DNA of 64,000 nucleotides, taken from the NCBI GenBank assembly GCA_963823335.1, contig CAWGLD010000001.1, positions 416,001 through 480,000 of the forward strand. Reading direction: 5' to 3'. A program made the position numbers and the translations under genes. Source of the DNA: an uncultured delta proteobacterium (GTDB lineage: Bacteria > Desulfobacterota > Desulfobacteria > Desulfobacterales > B30-G6). The notes beneath the pieces were generated by a model that saw only the letters and a list, made by a program, of their open reading frames with translations, had not been told where the DNA came from and did no database searches. This document shows, one piece after another, positions 51,172 to 61,016 of this stretch; position 1 is the stretch's first letter, and each line of letters begins with the position of its first letter.

Positions 51172-52314
51172 CTACCAATCAAAGGTTTGGAAAACCGGGT
51201 CACGGCAATCCAGGTACAGCAGATCATCCCGATCACCACTCTTGCATGCCAGGTTGTCCAATGCTGTTTTTTTCTTCTTTACCGATGCCTGCTTCAACTT
51301 CTCCAGATTACCATCCGGAACGTCTCTAAATTCCAATACCTGCCGGTCTTTGGCCAGCTGCATCAAGGCCTCCCCGGCCGCAGTTCTGACAATAACCTGG
51401 TTCCAGCCCTTGGCAACCTCCCATCCATCCGGCAGGCGTGCAGAACCAACTGAAATATCGCTGAATTCCGCGGTTACATCTGTGCAGAACTTACAGGCCT
51501 CACGGACACAGGCTTCCACCTCATCCAGGGGAATCTCAACCAGGCCGCTGTCCGTATCCACCTGCATGGTCTTGTATTTACTGGGGGGAATATCCAGACC
51601 GACAACTGACCGCTGGTGGACTTTCTGATGGAGCAAGTGTTTAAAACTCCGCCAGGACAACACCCATCCACAGAACAGTCCTATGGTGAGATGCAGCTTT
51701 CCTATCTGGTTATCATTTTTCGGAAAGGGCTTCATTTTCATCTTGGCCAGGGCCAGGGTCTGGCAAGGCGTTGCCACAATACCTATTTTTTGGGCAGCGC
51801 TTTGGGCCGCCAGATTGAACGCTTCCACCATGGGTGCGGCAATGAATTTGCTCTTAGCCAACTTAGGCACCTCACTGGCATCACTCACCGCAACGCCTCT
51901 GGGCAGCGTCGCCCCCCCCCCTTCGGCCAGCAGGGCTGTATCAATGATGCCTTCCGTCAGTGCCAGCGACATCAGTGTGGTTACGGTACCGCCATGTTGG
52001 GCTATGGCACGGATCTCCGGGTTGCTGGCACGGGTCAGATAGAAACCTTTGACAGCACCAAGTTCGGGGGTTAAATCCTGTGGATCAAAAAGCTGCTTGC
52101 GAATGGACTCCAGGTCCGTCGGTGTCCTGGGGCAGAAGGCATAACAACGACCCGCGGCCCGGTCACAGACATCTTTAACCACCGTTTTATCCATGGATGT
52201 GGCATAGTAGGGGCATAGGTTGACACAGGCGCCACACCCAGTGCAAAGACCGGTATCATGCACCTCTTCCATCAGCTCTTTTTGACCTCGAATGTAGGTG
52301 TTATTTCCCATCAA
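51172..52314 (-). CDS. FrhB-family (F420 hydrogenase/dehydrogenase beta-like) Fe-S flavoprotein
   Basis: CTGCGACVNLCP, QHGGTVT, VATPCQ, IGLFC, CKFCTD...DISVGS and GWN. Confidence 0.88.
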   Translation of the reverse strand: MMGNNTYIRGQKELMEEVHDTGLCTGCGACVNLCPYYATSMDKTVVKDVCDRAAGRCYAFCPRTPTDLESIRKQLFDPQDLTPELGAVKGFYLTRASNPEIRAIAQHGGTVTTLMSLALTEGIIDTALLAEGGGATLPRGVAVSDASEVPKLAKSKFIAAPMVEAFNLAAQSAAQKIGIVATPCQTLALAKMKMKPFPKNDNQIGKLHLTIGLFCGWVLSWRSFKHLLHQKVHQRSVVGLDIPPSKYKTMQVDTDSGLVEIPLDEVEACVREACKFCTDVTAEFSDISVGSARLPDGWEVAKGWNQVIVRTAAGEALMQLAKDRQVLEFRDVPDGNLEKLKQASVKKKKTALDNLACKSGDRDDLLYLDCRDPVFQTFDW

Positions 52315-52393
52315 AGGAATCCTCCTAGGATATCTTTTTCATTGTCCAGCCCGTCGAGGGCCACTACTTGCTGTTTCTATTTGTTTTTTTCGA

Positions 52394-53353
52394 TCATCCA
52401 TCATGCCCGCGAGAGGCCGTATGGCTCTTTTCCATGGCCGGTGATAACCCAACCTGGGTTGCATAGGCCACCACCAGCCCTACACCTGCCAGCATGGCAC
52501 CGGCACCAAGGTAACCCACGAATGTGATGTTTTCAACTCCGAGCCAACCCAGCTGGTAGGCGGATAGCAGCGCCATGCACGACATGGTAATGATCGGATT
52601 GAGGACAACAACCAGCGCAACCTGATTGGCCTGAATCAACTTTAAGGCCACCGCCAAGGCACCATAGGCTATCAGGGTATTGGCCCCCATAAAGCAGAGC
52701 AGGGCCCAGCCAACCCAGTGCAATTGTCCAAATTCGTGAAATTTCGCCTGCGGGAAAAAAACCAGCGCGGCCACACCGTAAATAATTAGATTGGCCTGCT
52801 GGGGTGTCATCCGCCGAACCAGAATCTTTTGTGCCGAGGCAAACACAGCCCAAACAACAGAGCCAAAAACAATCCACAGATCCCCGCGAATGTGCGTGGC
52901 CCGGTCAATCAGCAAGCCCCTGAGCTGATCCTGATTAAAGAAGATAAACCCACACAGCGTCAAAGCAAGCCCCACTTTCTGTTTTGGGCTGAGCCGCTCC
53001 TTGAAATAGACCATGCCGGTAACTGTCAACAACAAGGGCCCGATTTGCCCGAGTACCTGAGCATTGCTGGGACTTGTCAGATGCACGCCAACGGTGCTGC
53101 CAAAATAGTTACCCGCCAGCGCCAGCCCCGCCAGGATGCCCAGCAATGGTGGTTTTTTGATCACCCGGAAAGAACCCGGGTCTTTCACTGCGTATACAGC
53201 CGCCAGAACGAGGAAAGACGTTGTAAACCGAAACCAGATGATGGTTCCGATGCTGCACACCGATAAAAGATATTTTAGGACGATGGGTACCACGCCCCAG
53301 AATACGGCGGCGGTAACGGCCATCAGAACCCCAAAACTATGGCTTGATTTCAT
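52394..53353 (-). CDS. DMT/EamA-family transporter
   Basis: About 10 hydrophobic helices; AVFWG, WFRF and FKERL. Confidence 0.9.
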   Translation of the reverse strand: MKSSHSFGVLMAVTAAVFWGVVPIVLKYLLSVCSIGTIIWFRFTTSFLVLAAVYAVKDPGSFRVIKKPPLLGILAGLALAGNYFGSTVGVHLTSPSNAQVLGQIGPLLLTVTGMVYFKERLSPKQKVGLALTLCGFIFFNQDQLRGLLIDRATHIRGDLWIVFGSVVWAVFASAQKILVRRMTPQQANLIIYGVAALVFFPQAKFHEFGQLHWVGWALLCFMGANTLIAYGALAVALKLIQANQVALVVVLNPIITMSCMALLSAYQLGWLGVENITFVGYLGAGAMLAGVGLVVAYATQVGLSPAMEKSHTASRGHDG

Positions 53354-53393
53354 AAAGCCTTCATGCAGCTTGGCAACCTAGTGGGTACGGTGT

Positions 53394-54170
53394 TCATTCG
53401 GTCCAGCCACCATCGACTTCCATAATGTTGCCGGTCACAAAGGAGGCTGCATCCGACAACAGCCAAGCTACGGCTTCGGCAACCTCTGACGGTTCCCCAC
53501 GACGACCAATGGGCACTGGATATCGTTCCCGTTCAATTTTTTCGCGATCCTCCCCCGGAGCGAAATTGCGCTCCGTCATGGGGGTCTTGATGGGACCGGC
53601 TGCCACGGCATTGATGCGTATGCCATCTTTGGCATACTCCTGGGCAGCTGCCCGTGTGAGACCGGACACACCGTGTTTGCTGGCGGTGTAGGCAGGTATG
53701 ATGAAATCCTTGGTGCCGATCAATCCACACATGGAAGATGCGTTGACAATCGACCCATGGCCTTGTTTCAGCATCTGCAGAATTTCATATTTCATGCAAA
53801 GCCAGACCCCCTTGAAGTTGACCGACATGACATAATCCCAGTCCTCTTCACTTATTTCAGCTGTCCGGGCATCTTTTTCCCGGGCATGGATGCCGGCATT
53901 GTTGTAGGCGCAGTCCAGCCGCCCGAAATGCGCCACTGTCGATCGGATCAGGTTTTCAACATCTCCCGCTCGGCTGACATCGGCTTTGATAAATAAAGCA
54001 TCTCCACCGGCATCCCGTATCAGTTGAACTGTATTTTCGCCACCAGCAACATCCACATCACAGACAACCACTCTGGCGCCTTCCCTGGCCAAGATTTCAG
54101 CAGAAGCCTGCCCAATGCCACCACCGGCACCGGTTACCAAACCCACTTTTCCACTCAATCTGCCTGCCAT
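53394..54170 (-). CDS. Short-chain dehydrogenase/reductase
   Basis: TGAGGGIG, NNAG, YTASK; close paralog of 42184-42939. Confidence 0.95.
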   Translation of the reverse strand: MAGRLSGKVGLVTGAGGGIGQASAEILAREGARVVVCDVDVAGGENTVQLIRDAGGDALFIKADVSRAGDVENLIRSTVAHFGRLDCAYNNAGIHAREKDARTAEISEEDWDYVMSVNFKGVWLCMKYEILQMLKQGHGSIVNASSMCGLIGTKDFIIPAYTASKHGVSGLTRAAAQEYAKDGIRINAVAAGPIKTPMTERNFAPGEDREKIERERYPVPIGRRGEPSEVAEAVAWLLSDAASFVTGNIMEVDGGWTE

Positions 54171-54257
54171 AAACCACCTCTTATAAAACCTTACTACATT
54201 GTCGTGACTTGCAATAGCCTTGAACGGCAAATCAAACAGGCCATCCAAAGCAAAGAA

Positions 54258-54596
54258 TCAGCCTTTTACAACCACCTCTTCCACAGCGAAACTGTTTGGA
54301 TTGACCACCCGCGAGAAATAATCCTCATCAATATTCTTGCCGTTGGGCAGCACGGCCTTATAACAGCGATCATAGACACGGTGCATGGCTGCTTCATCCT
54401 CATACCATGTTTCCACGATTCCAAAACAGATTTTTTTCCCTTTAAGAACCTTGGTAACTCGGTTGATCACATACCTAGCCAGGTCATCGCCTGCGGCTTT
54501 GATGAAATCAGCCGCGTGTGTCTGGGTATGATAATGCCACCATTCTTCCTCATCTGTTTCTTCTGGAATTGAATAAATACCTATTCGTTTTATCAT
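54258..54596 (-). CDS. EthD-like single-domain protein
   Basis: WWHYHTQTHA...YVINRV...GIVETWY. Confidence 0.75.
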   Translation of the reverse strand: MIKRIGIYSIPEETDEEEWWHYHTQTHAADFIKAAGDDLARYVINRVTKVLKGKKICFGIVETWYEDEAAMHRVYDRCYKAVLPNGKNIDEDYFSRVVNPNSFAVEEVVVKG

Positions 54597-54657
54597 GCGC
54601 TATTCCTCCGCTCCTTTGCTATGCATCTGTTTTCTGAAAAATGAGGTTCATGGAATG

Positions 54658-55362
54658 TCAAGCCTTGGCAGTGAATTCTTCCACCACATAACCAAAAGCA
54701 TCCACAACCCGAACGTTGAAATCCTCTGAAACATTTCTGCCATTAGGCAAGATCACCCGCTTATGGGCCTCAAATCCCTTTTTAAGACATTGCCTGTCGG
54801 CAAACCAGAGTTCAACGACCCCAAAACAGACAGCCTGCCCCTTGACAATTCTGCTCACCCGGTTGATGACGTAATATTCCAGGTAGTCGTCAAAGGAATC
54901 GACACTGTGTACGGCATGCTCACGTGTGTGATACTCCCAGAATTTTTCCGAATCGGTCCCCTGGGGCAGGGAATAGAAACCCATATATTTGGCAGGTGAA
55001 GATCGCAATTCCCGGGAATGTTTTTTCGCAACAAATTCTTCGACTTCAAACGCAACCGGTTGATCTGTCAAACGGCCAAAATAATCCTGGGCTACACTTT
55101 TTCCGTTTGGAAGAACCTCGCTTTCCAATGCCCGAAAACCGGCCTGCATTGCAGACCGATCCCGCCACCAGGTTTCTACAACACCAAAGAAACGGGTGGT
55201 TCCTTTGGTCAAATCGATTACACGATTAATGGCGTATTTAACCAGACTGTCGCCACATACCCGCAAAACAGCCGGTGCGTGTATCCGGGTATGATATCGC
55301 CAGAACGCATCACCATCCGTCTGCCTGGGAATGGAATACAACGCCATTCGTTTAATCATCAA
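54658..55362 (-). CDS. EthD-like two-domain protein
   Basis: FWRYHTRIHA and FWEYHTREHA repeats. Confidence 0.75.
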   Translation of the reverse strand: MMIKRMALYSIPRQTDGDAFWRYHTRIHAPAVLRVCGDSLVKYAINRVIDLTKGTTRFFGVVETWWRDRSAMQAGFRALESEVLPNGKSVAQDYFGRLTDQPVAFEVEEFVAKKHSRELRSSPAKYMGFYSLPQGTDSEKFWEYHTREHAVHSVDSFDDYLEYYVINRVSRIVKGQAVCFGVVELWFADRQCLKKGFEAHKRVILPNGRNVSEDFNVRVVDAFGYVVEEFTAKA

Positions 55363-55385
55363 TATCCCCTAATGCATTCGGACAA

Positions 55386-56162
55386 TCATTCCACCCCATA
55401 GACAATGTGCTTAACCAGCAGATTGCCCCCTTCAACCGGCAGGGTGGTACCGGTAATATAGCCCGACCGCTCCGAACAAAAAAATAAAATGGCTTCAACC
55501 ACGTCATCGGGTTGAGCCAATCTCCCGATGGGGATACCTTCGACACCTTTTTCGAGTGTGTTGGGATCATCAAAAAACTGCCGCAGCAGATCGGTCACCA
55601 CCGGTCCGGGTGCCACCGAATTAACGGTAATACCGTAAGAGGCCAGTTTTAGCGCCATGACCTTGGTCAACATGACAAGGGCCGCCTTGGACACATCGTA
55701 ACTGACCATGGGACGTGTCGAGGGTGTAAAGGCCGATGCCGAAGAGAGATTCACGATGCGACCGTATCTGGCTTCCGACATGGCGTGGGAAATCTTCTGG
55801 CTTAAAAAGAAAGTCCCCTTCAGGTTGATGTCCATAATACGATCCCACTGTTTCGGGGTGAGTTCAAAAAATTCTTCCGGGGCTGCAATTCCAGCACAGT
55901 TGACCAGAATATCCACTTTGTTGGACCATGGCGCTACGCTGTCAACAAAGGCGGTAATGCTGTCCATATCTGCCAGATCCAATGGGTGTGCCTGACAACG
56001 CTTTGTGGAAGATTCGATGCCTGCCGCTGTTTCCTTTGCTTTGTTAAAGTCAATATCCCCAATGATCACCTGTGCCCCGCTGGCGACCAAACGTTGGACC
56101 ACCGCTTTGCCGATACCTGAAGCGCCCCCGGTAACGATGGCATTTCTTCCTTCAAAGTCCAT
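55386..56162 (-). CDS. Short-chain dehydrogenase/reductase
   Basis: TGGASGIG, NCAG, YDVSK. Confidence 0.93.
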   Translation of the reverse strand: MDFEGRNAIVTGGASGIGKAVVQRLVASGAQVIIGDIDFNKAKETAAGIESSTKRCQAHPLDLADMDSITAFVDSVAPWSNKVDILVNCAGIAAPEEFFELTPKQWDRIMDINLKGTFFLSQKISHAMSEARYGRIVNLSSASAFTPSTRPMVSYDVSKAALVMLTKVMALKLASYGITVNSVAPGPVVTDLLRQFFDDPNTLEKGVEGIPIGRLAQPDDVVEAILFFCSERSGYITGTTLPVEGGNLLVKHIVYGVE

Positions 56163-56197
56163 TGATCCTCCTCCAAACATCCCTGTAAATATAGATT

Positions 56198-58126
56198 TTA
56201 AACACCATATGCTGCCATATAACCCTCGTAGAATGCATTGACGCCATCTCGAGGTCCCTTTGCGTCTCCGACTATCATTAGATCTACGCCAGTATCCTCC
56301 AGCGCTGAAAACAGTGCATTGTCTGGTCTGCCGCCTATGGCAAATACAATAGAGTCCACATCATCAACCGTTCTTTCACCGTCTGGCGACTTCAGCATAA
56401 CTGTTTTATCCGAAACACCCGTGATAACCGTATCGCACATAGTATCCACGTTGTACTTGGCAAAATCTTCAAAAAGAAACCATTTGAAATCGGGCAGCAT
56501 ATCAGGTAAAATTTGCGGCATCATTTCAACAATGAAGACCTCTTTGCCCTGGGCAGCCAGAAAATGGGCTGTCTCTGCTCCCACAGGACCACATCCGATG
56601 ATCATCGCTTTCTGACCTACATCCACTTCTCCGGCCAGGACTTGCTCAGCGATGAGGGACCGGTCAACGTCAAGACCCTTGAGCGCCGGGATCTCTATTT
56701 TTGCGCCCGTGGCAATGATAACGGCATCTGGTTTTTCAGTTATCACAACCTCCCGGGTCAAGGCCTTGTTCAAACGAATGTCCACATCCAAACGTTTCAG
56801 CTCTTTCCCGCAAAAAGCAACGGCCTTGGCATATTCATCTTTATGGGGTGCCACCGAGGCCAGCTGAAGCCGACCGCCCAGTCTGGCACTTTTTTCGAAT
56901 AAAATGACATCGTGACCACGGAGTTTGGCAACACGGGCGGCCTCCATACCAGCCGGCCCACCACCTGCAATCATGACTTTCTTTTTGACTTTTGCCGAAG
57001 CTATATGCAGCTCCATCTCCCGTCCGGCTTCGACATTGTAGAGGCACCGTGTACTTCTATCCGTGAGTTCGCGATTATGGCAGTTATTGCAGGAAATACA
57101 GGGTCGAATTTCAGCAACACGACCGTCGGAAAGCTTATTCACATATTCAGGATCGCAGATGAGCCCCCTGGCCATGCCTATCAGGTCCGCCTGGTGGGAA
57201 ACCAACACATCTTCGGCCAGGTAGGGATCGCTAAGACGACCGGTAACCATCACCGGAATGGAAAGGGCCTTTTTAATCTCAGCCGCATCCGCTACATTCA
57301 ATCCACATTCATGGACCATGCTCGGCAACGTTCGTGTGTGACCCCAGCACGGTGAGAGCCCCGATGAAACGCTAATAAAGGCGATGCCCAGCTTTTCGAG
57401 CATCTGAGAGCTTTTTACCTGATCCTGAATCGTCAACCCCTCTTCAACATATTCTGCGTTGGAAAGTCGAACATGGATGGGAAAACGTTCTCCCACGGCA
57501 CTCTGACAAGATCCCACGACTTCTCTCAAAAAGCGAAACCGGTTTTCAAAACTACCCCCATAGGCGTCATCACGCTTATTGGCATGCAGGGACATGAATT
57601 GAGATGTCAGATATCCGTGAGCATGGTGAATCTCTATCATGTCAAAACCGGCTTCTTTGGCTCGCCCGGCCGCCAGGCCCCATGCTTCTACCAGTTCCTC
57701 TATCTCGCCAATACTCAAGGCCTTGGGGGTAACGTTCCCCGGCGGCCATGCAAGGGTAGAGGGGGCCACCGGCTGAATTCCCCGGGCCCCGGTGGCGTAC
57801 CGGCCAAGATGGTAAAGCTGTATGGATGATTTGGCGCCGCATTGATGCACTTTTTCATTATAGGTCTTGAACGCCTCAATATTCTGGTCACTATGCAGGT
57901 CAAGATCTTCTCCACTGCTGCCGGAAGGATGCACAAAGGTTGCGCCGATGATAATCAAACCGGTGCCCCCCTCGGCTCGCTTCAGGTTAAAGGCTTCTTC
58001 CCTTGGCACAAAGGCCCCGGTACTCATGTGGTTGGATATGGGGGCCTGAACAATTCTATTTTTAAGTTGAACGTCACCAATCTGAATCGGCGATAAAAGC
58101 GTCGGAAATTCATTTTTAGCGCTCAT
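56198..58126 (-). CDS. OYE-like FMN/Fe-S/FAD oxidoreductase, paralog 3
   Basis: HHAHGYL, NKRDDAYGG, CISCNNC-x11-C and GGGPAG. Confidence 0.93.
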   Translation of the reverse strand: MSAKNEFPTLLSPIQIGDVQLKNRIVQAPISNHMSTGAFVPREEAFNLKRAEGGTGLIIIGATFVHPSGSSGEDLDLHSDQNIEAFKTYNEKVHQCGAKSSIQLYHLGRYATGARGIQPVAPSTLAWPPGNVTPKALSIGEIEELVEAWGLAAGRAKEAGFDMIEIHHAHGYLTSQFMSLHANKRDDAYGGSFENRFRFLREVVGSCQSAVGERFPIHVRLSNAEYVEEGLTIQDQVKSSQMLEKLGIAFISVSSGLSPCWGHTRTLPSMVHECGLNVADAAEIKKALSIPVMVTGRLSDPYLAEDVLVSHQADLIGMARGLICDPEYVNKLSDGRVAEIRPCISCNNCHNRELTDRSTRCLYNVEAGREMELHIASAKVKKKVMIAGGGPAGMEAARVAKLRGHDVILFEKSARLGGRLQLASVAPHKDEYAKAVAFCGKELKRLDVDIRLNKALTREVVITEKPDAVIIATGAKIEIPALKGLDVDRSLIAEQVLAGEVDVGQKAMIIGCGPVGAETAHFLAAQGKEVFIVEMMPQILPDMLPDFKWFLFEDFAKYNVDTMCDTVITGVSDKTVMLKSPDGERTVDDVDSIVFAIGGRPDNALFSALEDTGVDLMIVGDAKGPRDGVNAFYEGYMAAYGV

Positions 58127-58127
58127 A

Positions 58128-58916
58128 TCATTTTCCTTTGTAAATGGGTTTTCTTCTCTCTGAAAAAGCCTTGACCCCTTCCCGGCTGTCTTGGGTGTTT
58201 TTAAGAGAATCAAAAAGAAAGGCCTCAAAGTCAAGACCTTGCTGCAATGCCAAACTCCTCAGGACGGATTCCTTTATGGCACGCATGGCAACCGGTCCAC
58301 GGCGACACAATTTCTCAGCCATCTGCATAGCCGTGTCCATCAATTCCTCGTTAGAAACAATGCGATTGATCAAACCGAAGCTGAGTGCCTTCCGGGCATC
58401 GATGGGTTCGCCCGTCAGCAGCATTTCCATGGCAACCGCATAGGGAACATTGCGAGGCAGACGTATGGTGCCACCAGCCCCCGGCATTATTCCCCATTTG
58501 ACCTCGGCCAACCCAAACCGGGCTGATTCGGCGGCAATTCGGATGTCACAGCACAAAACCAGTTCGAGACCGCCTGCAATGGCATAACCGTTGATGGCTG
58601 CAATGATCGGCTTGAACACATCCGTCCGGGGCAACCCGCCAAAATTTTCAGCCCTGGGATAGTAATTGGCCTTGGCTTCTCCTGCCATCCGGGCAGGAAG
58701 ATAGGCCTTCAAATCACCACCGGTGCAAAAGGCCTTATGGCCTGCCCCGGTCAAAATCGCGACCCAAAGGTCATCGTCTTCGCGAAAATCGAGCCAGACC
58801 GCGGCCATCTCCTTCTCGGCTGACGGATCCATGGAGTTGTGAACATCCGGGCGATTGATGGTGACCAACGCAATGTGATCTTTTTTCTCGTATGTAATTT
58901 CAGACATAGACTTCAT
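58128..58916 (-). CDS. Enoyl-CoA hydratase (crotonase)
   Basis: AFCTGGDL, GGLELVLCCDIR and GLAEVKWGIMPGAGG (both catalytic Glu). Confidence 0.93.
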   Translation of the reverse strand: MKSMSEITYEKKDHIALVTINRPDVHNSMDPSAEKEMAAVWLDFREDDDLWVAILTGAGHKAFCTGGDLKAYLPARMAGEAKANYYPRAENFGGLPRTDVFKPIIAAINGYAIAGGLELVLCCDIRIAAESARFGLAEVKWGIMPGAGGTIRLPRNVPYAVAMEMLLTGEPIDARKALSFGLINRIVSNEELMDTAMQMAEKLCRRGPVAMRAIKESVLRSLALQQGLDFEAFLFDSLKNTQDSREGVKAFSERRKPIYKGK

Positions 58917-58926
58917 CGTCCTCTTA

Positions 58927-60069
58927 TTAGGCTTTCAGGAGCATGTTACCAATGACCAGGCGCTGAATTTCTGAAGTGCCCTCATATACCCGCAGCGCCC
59001 TTATCTCACGATACAGTCTTTCCACGTGCTGCCCCTTAATTACACCATATCCACCGTGAATCTGTAAGGCCTCATCGATGATGCGCCAAGCGGCTTCTGT
59101 CGCATATAGCTTGGCCATGGATGACTCCAGCGTGATCCGCTCGACCCCCTGGTCTTTTATATAGGCCGCCCGAAATACCAGGGCCCTGGAAGCCGTCAGC
59201 TCGGTAGCCATATCCGCCAGTTTGAACTGAATGCTCTGGAACTCGGAAATACTTTTTCCGAACTGGAATCGGCCCTTTGCATAGGAGACGGCTTCATCCA
59301 AAGCAGCCTGGGCCATGCCGACTGCGGCAGCCCCCACCGTGGATCGAAAAAAATCAAGGTTCCGCATGGAAACCTTGAAACCCGCGTTCAGTTCTCCGAT
59401 GAGATTTTCCTGTGGCACGCCGCAGTCCTTGAAAACCGGTGCTCCAATGGGGTGGGCCGCCATCAGATCCATGCGTTTGCCAGGATCAAACCCTTCCCAT
59501 CCCTTTTCAACAACAAACGCTGAAATACCACGGGTGCCCTTGTCGGGGTCTGTCTTGGCAAACACGCTATAGATATCTGCATCCGGTGCCAGAGATGTAA
59601 AAATCTTTTGTCCATTGAGAACCCATTGATCATTGTCCTTTACGGCCGTTGTTTCAATGGCACCTACGTCCGAACCGGCATTGGGCTCTGTCAGGCAGAT
59701 GGTAAAAATCTTTTCGCCACTGGCAATAAGCGGGCAGTATTTGGCCTGTAGCTCCTCGTTGCCGCTCAGTACAATCGGATAACTGCCCAAACCCTGCATA
59801 ACAAAAATGAGCTCGGCATTCGGGCAACGACGAGCCAGTTCTTCCCGAACCAGACAAACCGAAACCAGCGAAGGCATTTGTGTTGTATTGCCGAACTCGG
59901 CAGGAACAAATAGCTTGAACAAACCCGATTCAGCCAGAACGTCAGCAATCTCACGCGACATCACCTTACTCTCGCCGACCTTTTCCTCAAGGGGTGCCAG
60001 CTTTTCCTTGCAAAGCGAAATCACCTTCTCTTTTAACTCTCTCTGCTCTTCTTTAAATAAAAAATCCAT
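58927..60069 (-). CDS. Acyl-CoA dehydrogenase
   Basis: CLTEPNAGSD, LNGQKIF, QIHGGYG and YEGTSEIQ. Confidence 0.95.
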   Translation of the reverse strand: MDFLFKEEQRELKEKVISLCKEKLAPLEEKVGESKVMSREIADVLAESGLFKLFVPAEFGNTTQMPSLVSVCLVREELARRCPNAELIFVMQGLGSYPIVLSGNEELQAKYCPLIASGEKIFTICLTEPNAGSDVGAIETTAVKDNDQWVLNGQKIFTSLAPDADIYSVFAKTDPDKGTRGISAFVVEKGWEGFDPGKRMDLMAAHPIGAPVFKDCGVPQENLIGELNAGFKVSMRNLDFFRSTVGAAAVGMAQAALDEAVSYAKGRFQFGKSISEFQSIQFKLADMATELTASRALVFRAAYIKDQGVERITLESSMAKLYATEAAWRIIDEALQIHGGYGVIKGQHVERLYREIRALRVYEGTSEIQRLVIGNMLLKA

Positions 60070-60102
60070 AAATTCTCCTTATTGCTGATTAGATAATTCG
60101 TA

Positions 60103-60154
60103 TTGAAGAACCTCGCAGCAAACCACGGGGAATGCGCTCGCTGTTACGGTTCAA
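60103..60154. repeat. Palindromic repeat, family B (short form)
   Basis: TTGAAGAACCTCGCAGCAAACCACGGGGAATGCGCTCGCTGTTACGGTTCAA. Confidence 0.8.
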
Positions 60155-60157
60155 ATC

Positions 60158-60982
60158 TCAGTTGCGCGGCTGGAGGCTGAAAAGACGTTGGGCGTTGCCA
60201 CCCAGAATCAGCCCCCGATCTTCTTCAGAAAGATCTAACATGTTCAGCAATTCATATTCCCAGCCGTACTCACCGCCCTGACGAGCCCAGGGATAATCGG
60301 TGGCATATAACATGCGATCGGTTCCGTGCCGGCTGATCAGTTTCTTTAGGGAGGCAATGTCCAGGTCTCTGCAGGTGGGTGTCTGGGAGGTGTCTATATA
60401 GACACCGGTACCGGCCAGATGTGCCATAACTTCCGCAAACATGCCGGAGCCGCCAAAATGGGCACAAATCAACTTCAGATCGGGGTGATCATCGTGCAGA
60501 CGACGCAGGCCGGATGGTGTGGATCGAATATCATCTTTGTCTTCATGACCGCTGCCCATGCCCGCATGGTAGAATACAAACAAGCCCTCATGGGTCAACT
60601 TCTCATATATGGGGTACATGTTGCGATCATCCGGACGAATATCCTGAAAAAGGGGGTTGAATTTTATTCCCAGGATACCGGCAGCTTTGATACGGTCAAT
60701 TTCAGACTCCCATTCTCCAAAATCGGGAGTGATGGTCCCAAACAGCAGCAACCTGTCATCTGCCTGAGAAATCAACCAGTCATTTGTGGTACGTACAAAC
60801 CCACCGTCCGGCGCAACACCAAAGGCGATGGCATAATCAACATCTGCATCGTCCATATAGGCCAACAAGTCGCTGGTCGTACCGGCTCCGTAAGGTTCCA
60901 GGCCGAGGTTCCGCCGGTTCATCTGCATAACTTTGGGTGCAATTTTATCAGGAAAAATGTGGGTGTGACAATCAACGATCAT
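60158..60982 (-). CDS. Amidohydrolase_2-family metallo-hydrolase
   Basis: DCHTH, HAG, AHFGG and ATDYPW. Confidence 0.9.
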   Translation of the reverse strand: MIVDCHTHIFPDKIAPKVMQMNRRNLGLEPYGAGTTSDLLAYMDDADVDYAIAFGVAPDGGFVRTTNDWLISQADDRLLLFGTITPDFGEWESEIDRIKAAGILGIKFNPLFQDIRPDDRNMYPIYEKLTHEGLFVFYHAGMGSGHEDKDDIRSTPSGLRRLHDDHPDLKLICAHFGGSGMFAEVMAHLAGTGVYIDTSQTPTCRDLDIASLKKLISRHGTDRMLYATDYPWARQGGEYGWEYELLNMLDLSEEDRGLILGGNAQRLFSLQPRN

Positions 60983-61016
60983 GGTTCTACCTCCAGCGCC
61001 CTAACGATTGAATACT

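Noticed and set aside
51172-52314. F420-reducing hydrogenase / methanogen-like metabolism
   Set aside because: No hydrogenase large or small subunit nearby; FrhB-family domains are widespread in bacteria
35183-58126. Bile-acid (bai) or benzoyl-CoA reductase pathway
   Set aside because: OYE and SDR families overlap with bai, but no BaiB/BaiE/BaiF-like or Bcr/Bam subunits were recognised, and the transporters and aminotransferase point to an amino-acid-type substrate
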